From Candidatus Omnitrophota bacterium (GTDB lineage Bacteria; Omnitrophota; Gorgyraeia; Zapsychrales; Zapsychraceae): a stretch of DNA of 64,000 nucleotides. Shown in pieces: positions 50,668 to 60,770 of this stretch (position 1 is the first letter of the stretch; each line of letters starts with the position of its first letter). The stretch spans positions 9,811-73,810 of the forward strand of contig JAGOSC010000004.1 of assembly GCA_018062515.1 (NCBI GenBank), read 5' to 3'. The notes beneath the pieces were generated by a model. The model saw only the letters and a list, made by a program, of their open reading frames with translations. It did not search any database and was not told the origin of the DNA. The position numbers and the translations under genes were made by a program.

Positions 50668-51375
50668 TTAGGGACTTAACTCTTCGTCCTTATCCTTAAA
50701 AGAAATAACCACATTGAATGTCAACTGCGGGAAAGTCAAATCCGACGGGAACGGAGGAAACGGCGCGGAGTCTTTAACACTGCGCATACCCACCGAACGC
50801 AAATATTCATCCGCTCTCGTCCGTTCTTCAATAATTTGCAAGGCCTCTAATTCACCCGAAGCGTTAATGATAAACGTCAAATACACCTGCCCTTCTTCAA
50901 AATCTTCCAGATCAAAATAACTGTATGCCTTCGCACGTATCCGCTGCCAAATGGTCTGGTTGTAACTGATATATTTGGGATTGGTAATTTTCTCCGATCT
51001 GATTAAGTCAACGGATATACGCCGATTAGAATCAAACGTCTTTATACTGGGCGTCATTTTCCGGTCCAAAGAAACTTTTTTGGAAAGTTTTGAAATATCT
51101 TTGACTTCCTGATTGAACATGGAAAACTTCTTTTCGTTTTTCTTAATAAGCTTCACCTCATTCTTTAAAGGTTTGGCTTTAATGATCTTGCGTTCTTTCT
51201 GTACTACCGGTTTTTGATTTTTATTTTTTTCGGAAGGCGCTTTGGAGTAAGTGACTTCAATCTTTTTAACTTTCCTAGGCGGGGTAAAAACACGTTTGGG
51301 CGTTAAAAAATTAATTAATGAAAAATGAATTAAGCAGGAAACAATAAGACAAATGTAGAATAGTCTATTGGACAT
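50668..51375 (-). CDS. TonB-family C-terminal-domain protein
   Basis: N-terminal TM anchor, K/P-rich linker, C-terminal TonB-like beta domain (GQVYLTFIINASGEL). Confidence 0.5.
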   Translation of the reverse strand: MSNRLFYICLIVSCLIHFSLINFLTPKRVFTPPRKVKKIEVTYSKAPSEKNKNQKPVVQKERKIIKAKPLKNEVKLIKKNEKKFSMFNQEVKDISKLSKKVSLDRKMTPSIKTFDSNRRISVDLIRSEKITNPKYISYNQTIWQRIRAKAYSYFDLEDFEEGQVYLTFIINASGELEALQIIEERTRADEYLRSVGMRSVKDSAPFPPFPSDLTFPQLTFNVVISFKDKDEELSP

Positions 51376-51379
51376 ATCA

Positions 51380-52048
51380 CTAAGAAGAAAATATTTCCTT
51401 TAATAGATATTTAAAAAAACGAAGTGTATCTCGTACAGGTCTTATATAACTTGTTTCTCCTCGATAAATGGTCTCAACCGGTACCGAGTGGATGGAAAAA
51501 CCTTTTTTGGCACTTTTAATTAGTATTTCAGATTCAATCTCATAACAATCGCTGGTCAGTTTAATCGTTTTTAAAACATCTTTACCGATAAAGCGATAAC
51601 CGCATTGTGTATCAGGAATCTTTTGCCGGCAAACCGACGAAATTAAAAAGGACATCAGCCGATTGGTTTGAAGACGCACAAAAGGCATTTTTTGGGAATT
51701 CGCCAACCGGTTACCGTTGATGATCGTATTTGTTTTTAAATTCGGGGATTGAATGAAATGCTCTAAATCGTCAATCGCGTGTTGTCCATCGCCATCCATC
51801 GTGATCACCCCGTCATAGCCGTGATCTAAAACGTATTGAAATCCTTTTTGCAAACTAAAACCTTTACCGCGGTTGATTTCATTGGTTAAAACAACCGCCC
51901 CGTTTTGAGTCGCCAACTCGCCGGAATTGTCTTTTGAACCGTCATCAATCACGACGACAGAGAATTTTTTCTCTCTTAACTCTTTAACAATACCGCCGAT
52001 GGCCTTGGCTTCGTTTAGTATGGGAATTAAAATGCAAATATTCATCAT
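51380..52048 (-). CDS. Family-2 glycosyltransferase (polyprenyl-phosphate sugar transferase-like)
   Basis: CILIPILNEAKAIGGIV...VVVIDDGSKDNS, DGDGQH motif. Confidence 0.7.
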   Translation of the reverse strand: MMNICILIPILNEAKAIGGIVKELREKKFSVVVIDDGSKDNSGELATQNGAVVLTNEINRGKGFSLQKGFQYVLDHGYDGVITMDGDGQHAIDDLEHFIQSPNLKTNTIINGNRLANSQKMPFVRLQTNRLMSFLISSVCRQKIPDTQCGYRFIGKDVLKTIKLTSDCYEIESEILIKSAKKGFSIHSVPVETIYRGETSYIRPVRDTLRFFKYLLKEIFSS

Positions 52049-52053
52049 TATTC

Positions 52054-52284
52054 TTAATTAAGTTTAAATAAAGGCGCGCCGACAGGAACAACATCACCTT
52101 CTTTGAAGCACAATTCTTTAATTATTCCGCTAGATGTGGAAGGCACATTAAATACCGCCTTGTCCGTAACCACCTCAACGACATCGTCATTGGGCTTAAT
52201 TGAATCACCGACAGCAAAATGATAACACGCAATCACTGCTGTTTCGACGCCTTCACCTAATTCCGGCAATTTAACTTCGATCAT
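52054..52284 (-). CDS. Stand-alone lipoyl-attachment domain protein
   Basis: 76 aa with an E2-type lipoyl domain and VTDKA lipoyl-lysine. Confidence 0.6.
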   Translation of the reverse strand: MIEVKLPELGEGVETAVIACYHFAVGDSIKPNDDVVEVVTDKAVFNVPSTSSGIIKELCFKEGDVVPVGAPLFKLN

Positions 52285-52298
52285 GATTAACTCTCCAT

Positions 52299-52937
52299 TT
52301 ATTTAAAAACATTTGAAAATTCTTCAATGACTTTTTGTTTCACCTGCTGCAAATCAAGTTTGAAACCTAATATGTTTGACATCGAATTCATTTGAACATT
52401 TAATCCACATGGGTTAATGGCAGAAAACAAAGAAAGGTCGGTATTGACGTTGATTCCGATACCATGAAAGGAAACCCAACGTTTTACACCGATCCCCATA
52501 GAAACAATTTTTTTATCATCAACCCATACACCAGTTTGACCATTTTCTCGACGAGGATTAATGCCATAATGCCTCAAAACATTCATCGAAATATCTTCCA
52601 ACACTCTTAAGTATACATGTAAATCTTTTCCATACTCCGCCAAATTGATAATCGGATAAATAACTAATTGGCCGGGCGCATGTAATGTCACATCTCCGCC
52701 GCGGTCGATATTTTTTACATCCATTCCGCGTTCATTTAACGCTTCCGTTGTAAATAAAATATTCTCCGCCTTGGTCATCCGTCCTTTAGTTAAAACGGCT
52801 GGATGTTCACACAAAATAAGAAACGGATTGGAATCAGCCAATACTTGGTCAACGTACTTTTTCTGTAAAGTATAGGCTTCTTGATAATCGATTAAACCTA
52901 AATCGATCACGGTAAATTGTCTTTGTTTGATGGTCAT
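52299..52937 (-). CDS. lipB: Octanoyltransferase LipB
   Basis: BPL/LPL catalytic domain. 212 aa. Confidence 0.75.
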   Translation of the reverse strand: MTIKQRQFTVIDLGLIDYQEAYTLQKKYVDQVLADSNPFLILCEHPAVLTKGRMTKAENILFTTEALNERGMDVKNIDRGGDVTLHAPGQLVIYPIINLAEYGKDLHVYLRVLEDISMNVLRHYGINPRRENGQTGVWVDDKKIVSMGIGVKRWVSFHGIGINVNTDLSLFSAINPCGLNVQMNSMSNILGFKLDLQQVKQKVIEEFSNVFK

Positions 52938-52956
52938 TTCACTCCAAAATGATTAA

Positions 52957-53015
52957 CCCCGTCCATCTTTTGATGAGCGGGGCTAATTATATCAAAACTC
53001 AATGACTATTGAGTT
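52957..53015 (-). terminator. Hairpin pair downstream of icd (probable terminator region)
   Basis: Perfect 8-bp hairpin AACTCAAT-AGTC-ATTGAGTT (52996..53015). The plus strand follows it with ATTTATTTTTTT, suggesting a bidirectional terminator. A second hairpin CCCCGCTCATC/GATGGACGGGG (52957..52982) is followed by TTAATCATTTT on the minus strand. Confidence 0.4.
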
Positions 53016-53017
53016 AT

Positions 53018-54226
53018 TTATTTTTTTAGTTTCTTAACTTCAGCGTCCCAGGCGGATTTTAACTTCGGATTGTCAACCCATGACAACACATAATTTGTGT
53101 AGGCTTCCCCGGTGACACCGTTTTCGCGTCCAGTCAGCATCATTTTTTTCTCAAACTGACCGCACATTTCCAAAGCCATATCTATTTTCTCTGCTTTGTC
53201 CGTATATCCAATATGTCTTAAAAGCATAGCCGAGGCCCTAATCATGGAACATGGATCAGCAAATTGAGCACGTCCTTCTTTCACCATGCGTGGCGCACTA
53301 CCATGAATGGCTTCGAACATGCTCCAACGTTTTCCGATATTCGCACTTCCTGCTGTTCCAACACCACCTTGTAGCTGCGCGGCTTCGTCCGTTAAAATAT
53401 CGCCGTAAAGATTTGGCATAACCATGACCTGAAATTCACTTCGTCTCGCCGGATCGATTAACTTAGCCGTCATGATATCGATGTACCATTCATCCAACGT
53501 AATCCCCGGGTATTCTGCTGAAATGCGTTTAGCAACTTTGGAAAAACGTCCATCCGTTGTTTTAACCACATTAGATTTCGTGACAGCTGTAACGCGTTTC
53601 TTTTTATTCTTTTTGGCATAGTCAAACGCCATGCGGATAATCCGTTCTGATCCTTGTTCGGTCGTCACGGTAAAATCCACACTCAAATCTTTAGTGACAT
53701 CAATACCTTTTGAACCGACGATATACGCGCCTTCGGTATTTTCTCTGAAGAAAATCCAATCAATACCATCTTGAGGAATTTTGACCGGGCGCACATTGGC
53801 AAACAAATCTAAACTTCGTCGCATCGCGACATTAGCACTTTCAATATTCGGCCATCCATCGCCGGCCTGCGGGGTCGTGGTCGGCCCTTTTAAAATGACA
53901 TGACAAGCCTTGATTTCCTTAAGAACATCATCGGGAATAGCCTTTTTTTGCTTCGCTCGATTTTCAATCGTTAAACCGGCAATGTCGCGAATCTCAATCT
54001 TTCCCGATTTACTTTCTGACTTTAAAACATGCGTTAAGACACGTTGAGCATGTTTTGAAATAATTTCACCGATTCCGTCACCCCAGCACGAGCCGATAAT
54101 AATTTTATCTAAAGATGAAAAATCCATAAAATCTTTGCTCTTTTTCATCTCTGCGACTCGTTTTAATTGTTCTTCAAGAATTAAACCGAATTTTTCTTTA
54201 GCTGAATCAATCAATTTTTTTGACAT
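53018..54226 (-). CDS. icd: Isocitrate dehydrogenase (NADP), prokaryotic homodimeric type
   Basis: GDGIGEI and NLYGDILTD motifs. 402 aa. Confidence 0.75.
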   Translation of the reverse strand: MSKKLIDSAKEKFGLILEEQLKRVAEMKKSKDFMDFSSLDKIIIGSCWGDGIGEIISKHAQRVLTHVLKSESKSGKIEIRDIAGLTIENRAKQKKAIPDDVLKEIKACHVILKGPTTTPQAGDGWPNIESANVAMRRSLDLFANVRPVKIPQDGIDWIFFRENTEGAYIVGSKGIDVTKDLSVDFTVTTEQGSERIIRMAFDYAKKNKKKRVTAVTKSNVVKTTDGRFSKVAKRISAEYPGITLDEWYIDIMTAKLIDPARRSEFQVMVMPNLYGDILTDEAAQLQGGVGTAGSANIGKRWSMFEAIHGSAPRMVKEGRAQFADPCSMIRASAMLLRHIGYTDKAEKIDMALEMCGQFEKKMMLTGRENGVTGEAYTNYVLSWVDNPKLKSAWDAEVKKLKK

Positions 54227-54287
54227 TTCCGCCTTTGATTAAACGTGAATGTTTAATTTGTATGATTGTAAAGGTGTGATTAAGGTT

Positions 54288-55370
54288 TTATCGACGAAGA
54301 AGTTGATCAAATTCTTCAATGTTCTTTACCTGCATAATGGCATCTTCATAAGTAATGATACCTTGCTCATACAGTCTTTTTAAAGACATGTCCATAGTAT
54401 GCATTCCGTATTGAATACCGGTTTGAATGGACGTAGGAATTTGTTCAACGGCTCTTTCCCGAATCAAGTTCCGAATAGCAGGTGTTGCAACCAAAACTTC
54501 GGTAGCAATGACCCGGCCCTGTCCGGAGGCCCGAGGCAATAAGGTTTGTGAAACAATACCTTGTAAGGCCGCCGATAACTGGATTCTGACTTGTTGTTGT
54601 TGATGAGCGGAGAAAACGTCGATAACGCGTTCAATTGTTTGCGACGTATCAGGTGTGTGCAGCGTGGCTAAAACAAGGTGACCCGTTTCAGCCGCGGTTA
54701 AGGCGGTTGAAATTGTTTCCAGGTCCCGCATTTCCCCGACGATGATGACGTCAGGATCTTGACGAAGACAGCGCTTTAGCGCTTCGGAAAATGAATTGGT
54801 ATCACTGTAAACTTCTCTTTGTTTGATAACTGATTTTTTATTTCTATGAATATACTCGATAGGATCTTCAATCGCAATAATCATACACGCGCGTTCATAA
54901 TTGATGACATTAACCATCGAAGCCAATGTCGTTGTTTTACCGGAACCAGTGGGTCCAGTGATAAGAACAAGTCCGTGTGGTTTTCGTGAGAAATCCAAAA
55001 TAGCGGGAGGTAAACCTAAATCTTCAATAGACGGTATAACATGCGGTATACGTCGGAAAGCGGCTTCAACGGAACCTTTTTGAATGTGGATGTTCACGCG
55101 GAAACGCTCAAATCCTTCTAATGACAAAGAAAAGTCCAACTCACGGTCCTGTTCAAATTTTTCTTTTTGAAGGTCCGTCATTAACCCATAAATACTTTTT
55201 TTGAGTTCTTCTTTGGAGAGAGACGGTCTTTCCATTAATGTTAACTTACCATCAATACGGAGGACCGGCGGGCTATTTTCAGTTAAATGAAGGTCTGACG
55301 CTTTGGTTTCGATACATGCTTTGAGAAGTTCTTTTAAGTCCAAGGAAAGCTCCTGTGTTTTGTAATCCAA
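54288..55370 (-). CDS. pilT: Type IV pilus retraction ATPase PilT
   Basis: Walker A GPTGSGKTT, Asp box, His box. 360 aa. Confidence 0.8.
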   Translation of the reverse strand: MDYKTQELSLDLKELLKACIETKASDLHLTENSPPVLRIDGKLTLMERPSLSKEELKKSIYGLMTDLQKEKFEQDRELDFSLSLEGFERFRVNIHIQKGSVEAAFRRIPHVIPSIEDLGLPPAILDFSRKPHGLVLITGPTGSGKTTTLASMVNVINYERACMIIAIEDPIEYIHRNKKSVIKQREVYSDTNSFSEALKRCLRQDPDVIIVGEMRDLETISTALTAAETGHLVLATLHTPDTSQTIERVIDVFSAHQQQQVRIQLSAALQGIVSQTLLPRASGQGRVIATEVLVATPAIRNLIRERAVEQIPTSIQTGIQYGMHTMDMSLKRLYEQGIITYEDAIMQVKNIEEFDQLLRR

Positions 55371-55374
55371 TTAT

Positions 55375-56553
55375 TTATGAATTATTCTTAATCCATTGAG
55401 CTATACGCCTAACGCCTTCTTCAATACGTTCGTTTGACGTTGCATAACTTAAGCGAATATAACCGGGCGCGCCGAATCCTTCGCCAGGTATAACAGCGAC
55501 ATTAACATCTTGCAAAATTCTTTTAGCGATATCAAATGACTCGCCTAATTTTGAAAAATCACAGAACAAATAAAATGCACCTTGAGGTCTAATATAACTT
55601 ACCTCCGGTATGCTGTCAAACAAAGAAGTAATGAGGTCGCGTCGTTTTTTAAAGATATCACGCATAGATTTTATTTTGTCATCGGGCTCTTTTAAAGCCT
55701 GAAGTGCCGCCGCTTGACTAATGGAACAAGGATTGGACGTTGTGTGGTCCTGAAAATTCTTAATATATCCCATAACCTCTTCATTTCCGGCGGCATAACC
55801 AATACGCCAACCCGTCATTGAATAGGCTTTTGAAACGCCATTAACGGTGAACGTTAAATCATTGATATCACTGTTTAATGAAGCAATCGACGTGTACTCG
55901 TCGGTGTCATAAATCAGTTTTTCATAAATCTCGTCACTGATCACATAAATATCATTCTTAACACAAATATCCGCAATAGCTTTTAATTCGTCTTTTGAAT
56001 AAAGCATACCCGTCGGATTGGATGGTGATGAGAATACAAAAATTTTTGTTTTCTCGGTCAAACTTTCGGCCAATTGCTTAGCGGTTACCTTAAAATTAGT
56101 AGCCACCGTTGTTTCCAAAATTTTTGGAGTAGCACCTGAAATTTTAACCATTTCAGGGTAGCTTACCCAATAAGGAGCGGGAATGATAACTTCATCGCCT
56201 TCTTCAGCGAGGATTTGAATAAGATTGAAGATGGAATGTTTTGCACCGCAAGAAACAACAATCTGGGAAGGCTTATAATTAAGATTATTGTCTTTCTTAA
56301 ATTTTGCGGCGACTGCTTCACGCAATTGCGGAGTTCCTGTGCTCGGCGTGTACTTCGTTTGCCCGCCGTCGATGGCAAGTACGGCGGCTTTTTTTATGGT
56401 GTCCGGCGTATCAAAATCCGGCTCACCGGCAGCGAAATTAACAACATCTTTTCCCTGCGCTTTTAATTCATTGGCTTTTGCCGTTATCGCTAACGTGGAA
56501 GAACCCAAAACATTTAGAATTCTTTTGTTAATTTTTAACGGCATGGTCTGCAT
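55375..56553 (-). CDS. Class I pyridoxal-phosphate aminotransferase (aspartate aminotransferase-like)
   Basis: SKAYSMTGWRIGY PLP-lysine motif. 392 aa. Confidence 0.75.
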   Translation of the reverse strand: MQTMPLKINKRILNVLGSSTLAITAKANELKAQGKDVVNFAAGEPDFDTPDTIKKAAVLAIDGGQTKYTPSTGTPQLREAVAAKFKKDNNLNYKPSQIVVSCGAKHSIFNLIQILAEEGDEVIIPAPYWVSYPEMVKISGATPKILETTVATNFKVTAKQLAESLTEKTKIFVFSSPSNPTGMLYSKDELKAIADICVKNDIYVISDEIYEKLIYDTDEYTSIASLNSDINDLTFTVNGVSKAYSMTGWRIGYAAGNEEVMGYIKNFQDHTTSNPCSISQAAALQALKEPDDKIKSMRDIFKKRRDLITSLFDSIPEVSYIRPQGAFYLFCDFSKLGESFDIAKRILQDVNVAVIPGEGFGAPGYIRLSYATSNERIEEGVRRIAQWIKNNS

Positions 56554-56554
56554 T

Positions 56555-57157
56555 TTACTTCTCTGATGATTTACGTTTAAATATCTTTCCTAATCCACCA
56601 CTTTTGTTATCAGATTTTTTCTTATCTTGAGTATCTTCTGTTTTTTCCGATTTCGTTGAAGCCTTCTTAACCGGTTTTGTTTTCTTTTCAGACTTTACTT
56701 TTGGCTCTTGTTCCACCGTTTTCGGTTCGATTTTCTTAATAGCTTTAACTTCTTTAGAAATATCAGAAGCCGCTGATTGAGGTTGGCTTACAATCGCTCC
56801 ACTTCTTTCTGTCAATTCTAAGTAAGCTAACTGCGCATTATCTCCTCGACGATTATTGGCTAGGATAATTCGCGTATATCCGCCCGGCCTTTTAGCAAAA
56901 CGTGTCGCTATCGTGTTAAACAGGTTACTGACAAGTTTATGATCACAAAGGATAGCGAATGCTCGACGCTTATTAGCCAAGGTACCGCTTTTACCAAGGG
57001 TAATTAGACGATCTACCATTTTGCGGGCTTCTTTGGCCTTTGCCTTCGTCGTGCAAATTCTTTGCTGAATTAATGTCGCTTTAGCTAAATCACGCACCGT
57101 CGCTTTTCTGTGCGCTGTATGTCTATTTAATTTATTACCTGCAATTTTATGTCTCAT
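56555..57157 (-). CDS. rplQ: 50S ribosomal protein L17 with an 80-aa lysine-rich C-terminal extension
   Basis: L17 core, then a KxK-rich tail (..KTKPVKKASTKSEK..). Confidence 0.85.
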   Translation of the reverse strand: MRHKIAGNKLNRHTAHRKATVRDLAKATLIQQRICTTKAKAKEARKMVDRLITLGKSGTLANKRRAFAILCDHKLVSNLFNTIATRFAKRPGGYTRIILANNRRGDNAQLAYLELTERSGAIVSQPQSAASDISKEVKAIKKIEPKTVEQEPKVKSEKKTKPVKKASTKSEKTEDTQDKKKSDNKSGGLGKIFKRKSSEK

Positions 57158-57169
57158 GACTCACTCTTT

Positions 57170-58171
57170 TTAGATTTCATCTCGTTTAACTTGACGTAAT
57201 TTTTTTGGGTCAATTTTCATACCCAAACTTAATCCCATGACTTTTAAAAGATCATTAATTTCAGTTAATGACTTCTTTCCGAAATTTCTGAATGTTAAAA
57301 GTTCTGATTCGCCTTTTTTTACTAATTCAGCTATTGTTTTGATATTGGCATCTTTTAAACAATTCGCGCTGCGGACAGATAATTCCAGTTCAGAAATTGG
57401 CAATCTTAATTTTTCATATAAAGATTGTTCCTCGGCGGAGATTTCTTCTTCTTCCTCTTCTTCTTCAGGAAGTTGGCCGTAACTGACGAATACATCCAAG
57501 TGGCGCTGCATAATATTCGCACCATACAATAAAGCTTCTTTAGGATTTATGCCGCCATTGGTCCATATTTCAAGGATCAATCGGTCATAATCCGTTCTTT
57601 GGCCGACGCGGGTATTATCCACATGAAAATTAACTTTGACAATCGGCGTAAAAATGGAGTCAATAGCTATGCTTTCCACATCGGTTTCTTTTTTATTCTG
57701 TTCTGCAGGAACATAACCACGTCCTCTAGATACTTCCATCTCAATGTTTAATTTTGCATCTCGAGAAAGTGTGGCAATATGCAGATCAGGGTTAAGGACT
57801 TCGATGGATTCATCACAGATAATATCGGAGCCTTTGATGTCACCTTTTTTTTCTGCTTTGATATAAATAGGCTTTGGAACTTTTGAATGGGATCGTATGA
57901 CCAGTCGCTTAATATTTAAGATAATTTCAGCAACAGATTCCATAACTCCCGGAATAGTTGAAAACTCATGACGAGCGCCATCCACTTTAATCGTCGTAAC
58001 CGCGCTGCCTTCAATCGACGACAATAGTATACGACGTAAAGAATTTCCTAATGTAACACCGTATCCCTTTTCAAAAGGTTCAGCAATGAACTTACCGTAC
58101 GTCTCTGTATATTCAGCCTCTACACAGTCTAGCCTTTTTGGCATTTGAAAATCTCGCCATTTAACGCCCAT
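57170..58171 (-). CDS. rpoA: DNA-directed RNA polymerase subunit alpha
   Basis: N-terminal domain, poly-Glu linker (EEEEEEEE), C-terminal alphaCTD. Confidence 0.9.
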   Translation of the reverse strand: MGVKWRDFQMPKRLDCVEAEYTETYGKFIAEPFEKGYGVTLGNSLRRILLSSIEGSAVTTIKVDGARHEFSTIPGVMESVAEIILNIKRLVIRSHSKVPKPIYIKAEKKGDIKGSDIICDESIEVLNPDLHIATLSRDAKLNIEMEVSRGRGYVPAEQNKKETDVESIAIDSIFTPIVKVNFHVDNTRVGQRTDYDRLILEIWTNGGINPKEALLYGANIMQRHLDVFVSYGQLPEEEEEEEEISAEEQSLYEKLRLPISELELSVRSANCLKDANIKTIAELVKKGESELLTFRNFGKKSLTEINDLLKVMGLSLGMKIDPKKLRQVKRDEI

Positions 58172-58201
58172 ATTTTCCTCCTTGAAAGGGTAATAAATCT
58201 C

Positions 58202-58816
58202 TTATTTAGAATAAAGCTCTATGATCAACTGTTCGTTGATTGGAAATTGCAAATCTTCCCGCTGGGGCAAACGAATAACCGTCGCCTTGTAACCTTTTTC
58301 ATCCATTTTCAGCCAGCTCTGACGAGTTAAATCTTTATTTTTATCAAGCGTTTTGTCAATAAACACTTCTTTAGTTTTATCGTTAACTTTAATTTCAATT
58401 TGATCGCCTTCTTTGACGAGGAAAGACGGGATATTCACGCGCTTTCCATTGACTTGAACTAATCCATGACCAACCATTTGACGGGCTTGCGGCCTAGTTA
58501 ACGCAAATCCTAAACGGAAAATCACATTATCAAGCCGTCTCTCAAGGAATTGTAACAAAACGCTACCGGTAATCCCTTTAGATTGCGCAGCCTTTAAATA
58601 ATATCGTCTGAATTGACGTTCTAATATTCCATAAACACGTTTTACTTTTTGTTTTTCTCTTAACTGTAAACCGTAGTCGGAAAGTTTTGTTCTTCGACCT
58701 TGTCCATGCTGACCCGGAGGAAAAGGGCGTATATCAAAATCATATTTTTTTGGTCCAAAGAGATTCACCCCTTCTCTTCGACATAATCTATATTTTGGTC
58801 CTCTATATCTTGCCAT
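58202..58816 (-). CDS. rpsD: 30S ribosomal protein S4
   Basis: MARYRGPK N-terminus. Confidence 0.9.
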   Translation of the reverse strand: MARYRGPKYRLCRREGVNLFGPKKYDFDIRPFPPGQHGQGRRTKLSDYGLQLREKQKVKRVYGILERQFRRYYLKAAQSKGITGSVLLQFLERRLDNVIFRLGFALTRPQARQMVGHGLVQVNGKRVNIPSFLVKEGDQIEIKVNDKTKEVFIDKTLDKNKDLTRQSWLKMDEKGYKATVIRLPQREDLQFPINEQLIIELYSK

Positions 58817-58835
58817 GTGATCTTCTCCTTAAATA

Positions 58836-59258
58836 TTAAACACGCCGTTTTTTACGAGGTCTGCACCCGTTATGCGGCAATGGGGTGATGTCTTTAATCG
58901 ATGTAACGCTTAATCCGGCCGCTTGAATAGCTCTTATCGCTGATTCTCGTCCAGATCCTGGCCCCTTAACTAATACTTCAACGGTCTTCAAACCTAAATC
59001 TTTAGCTTTCTTAGCCGCATCCGAAGCCGCAACCTGAGCCGCAAAAGGTGTTGATTTTTTAGAACCGCTAAATCCGACGACGCCCGGTGTTGACCAAACA
59101 ATTGTATTTCCTTCTTTATCCGCAATCGAAATAATCGTGTTATTAAACGTCGCAAAAATATGCGCAACACCCGCGGTTACACCTTTTAAAAGTTTTTTCT
59201 TTTGCTTTTCTTTCTTACGAATATCTTCTGTGACTGGTTTTGTTGGTTTTGCCATCAA
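58836..59258 (-). CDS. rpsK: 30S ribosomal protein S11
   Basis: [12 protein letters not shown] core. Confidence 0.9.
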   Translation of the reverse strand: MMAKPTKPVTEDIRKKEKQKKKLLKGVTAGVAHIFATFNNTIISIADKEGNTIVWSTPGVVGFSGSKKSTPFAAQVAASDAAKKAKDLGLKTVEVLVKGPGSGRESAIRAIQAAGLSVTSIKDITPLPHNGCRPRKKRRV

Positions 59259-59275
59259 TTCATATCCTTAATAGT

Positions 59276-59659
59276 TTATTTAGTAGGAGCAGCTTTTAAT
59301 TTCTGTCCGACAACCGGTTTACGACCTTTACGAGTACGGGAATTTGTTTTGGTTCTTTGTCCCCGCACCGGCAATCCTTTACGATGTCTAACACCGCGAT
59401 ACACGCCGATTTCAATCATCCGTTTAATATTTTGATTAACTTCTCGTCGAAGATCGCCCTCTGTAAGATAATTTTTCTGAATAATATTTGTAATGCGGCT
59501 CACTTCTTCGTCAGATAATTCTTTGGCTCTTCGATTGATATCAATATTAGCTTCACGCAATATATCAGTGGCTCTTTTTGGACCCACACCATACACATAT
59601 TGAATTGAGGCTTCAATTCTTTTTTCTTTCGGAATGTCTACACCCATTATTCTCGGCAT
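59276..59659 (-). CDS. rpsM: 30S ribosomal protein S13
   Basis: MPRIMGVDIP N-terminus. Confidence 0.9.
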   Translation of the reverse strand: MPRIMGVDIPKEKRIEASIQYVYGVGPKRATDILREANIDINRRAKELSDEEVSRITNIIQKNYLTEGDLRREVNQNIKRMIEIGVYRGVRHRKGLPVRGQRTKTNSRTRKGRKPVVGQKLKAAPTK

Positions 59660-59665
59660 CGCTTT

Positions 59666-59782
59666 TTATCCTTGTCTTTGTTTATGCTTAGGATTACTGT
59701 CACAAATAACGCGGACAACTCCTTTGCGTCGTATAACTTTACAATTACTGCAAACTCTTTTTACTGACGATTTAACTTTCAT
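59666..59782 (-). CDS. rpmJ: 50S ribosomal protein L36
   Basis: Not in the track (38 aa). Read by hand as [38 protein letters not shown]. Confidence 0.85.
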   Translation of the reverse strand: MKVKSSVKRVCSNCKVIRRKGVVRVICDSNPKHKQRQG

Positions 59783-59783
59783 T

Positions 59784-60002
59784 TTATTTAACCCTATACG
59801 TTATTCTCCCCCGGCTTAAATCATAGGGAGAAAGTTCTAATTTTACTTTGTCTCCAGGTAAAATACGGATAAAATGCATCCGAATTTTTCCTGATATATG
59901 TGCTTCAACTAAATGACCATTTTCTAGTTCTACTCTAAATTTTGCATTGGGTAGAGCTTCTTTGATCGTTCCTTCGACTTCGATTAAGTCTTCTTTAGCC
60001 AT
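59784..60002 (-). CDS. infA: Translation initiation factor IF-1
   Basis: 72 aa S1-like OB fold. Confidence 0.9.
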   Translation of the reverse strand: MAKEDLIEVEGTIKEALPNAKFRVELENGHLVEAHISGKIRMHFIRILPGDKVKLELSPYDLSRGRITYRVK

Positions 60003-60011
60003 AAAAAATAA

Positions 60012-60770
60012 TTATTGCGTTAAAATTTCCGGTCCATTATTCATGATCGCAATCGTATGCTCAAAATGCGCTGATGGTTTTCCATCCACCGTGCTTACCG
60101 TCCAACCGTCATCCAAAATCTTGGTTTGCCAAGAACCCACATTCACCATCGGTTCAATAGCGAACACCATTCCTTCTTTTAAAATCGGACCTTGATGTGG
60201 AGGCCCATAATTTGGTATTTCTGGATCTTCATGCAAATTTCGTCCAATCCCATGCCCGACAAAATCTTTTACAATAGAGAATTTATTGGCTTCCACATAA
60301 CTTTGAATCGCCGCCGAGATATCAGACAAATGATTATTAACCAATGCCTGTTTTATCCCGCGATGCAATGATTCTTTTGTCACATCCAATAATTTCTGAT
60401 GAATCGGTTCAATCGTTCCGATGCCTACGGTTACGGCTGTATCCGAATAATACTTGTTATGGATAATGCCGACATCCAGAGAGACAATATCACCATTTTT
60501 AAGAATTCGCTCACTGGGTATTCCGTGAACAACTTCATGATTGACCGAAATGCATGCGCATCCGGGAAATCCCCGATAGCCTTTGAACGCCGGAATAACA
60601 TTTTGTTTAGCGATCAAACGTTCGGCAATCAGGTCAACTTCTTTTGTCGTGATACCAGATTTTAAAGAGCTTTTTAATTCCTGAACAATGCCCGCTAATA
60701 TTTTTCCCGCTTCGCGAAGAATTCTTAATTCTTCTTTGGTCTTAATATTAATTGTGCTTTGTTTGTTCAT
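60012..60770 (-). CDS. map: Methionine aminopeptidase type I
   Basis: 252 aa pita-bread fold. Confidence 0.9.
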   Translation of the reverse strand: MNKQSTINIKTKEELRILREAGKILAGIVQELKSSLKSGITTKEVDLIAERLIAKQNVIPAFKGYRGFPGCACISVNHEVVHGIPSERILKNGDIVSLDVGIIHNKYYSDTAVTVGIGTIEPIHQKLLDVTKESLHRGIKQALVNNHLSDISAAIQSYVEANKFSIVKDFVGHGIGRNLHEDPEIPNYGPPHQGPILKEGMVFAIEPMVNVGSWQTKILDDGWTVSTVDGKPSAHFEHTIAIMNNGPEILTQ

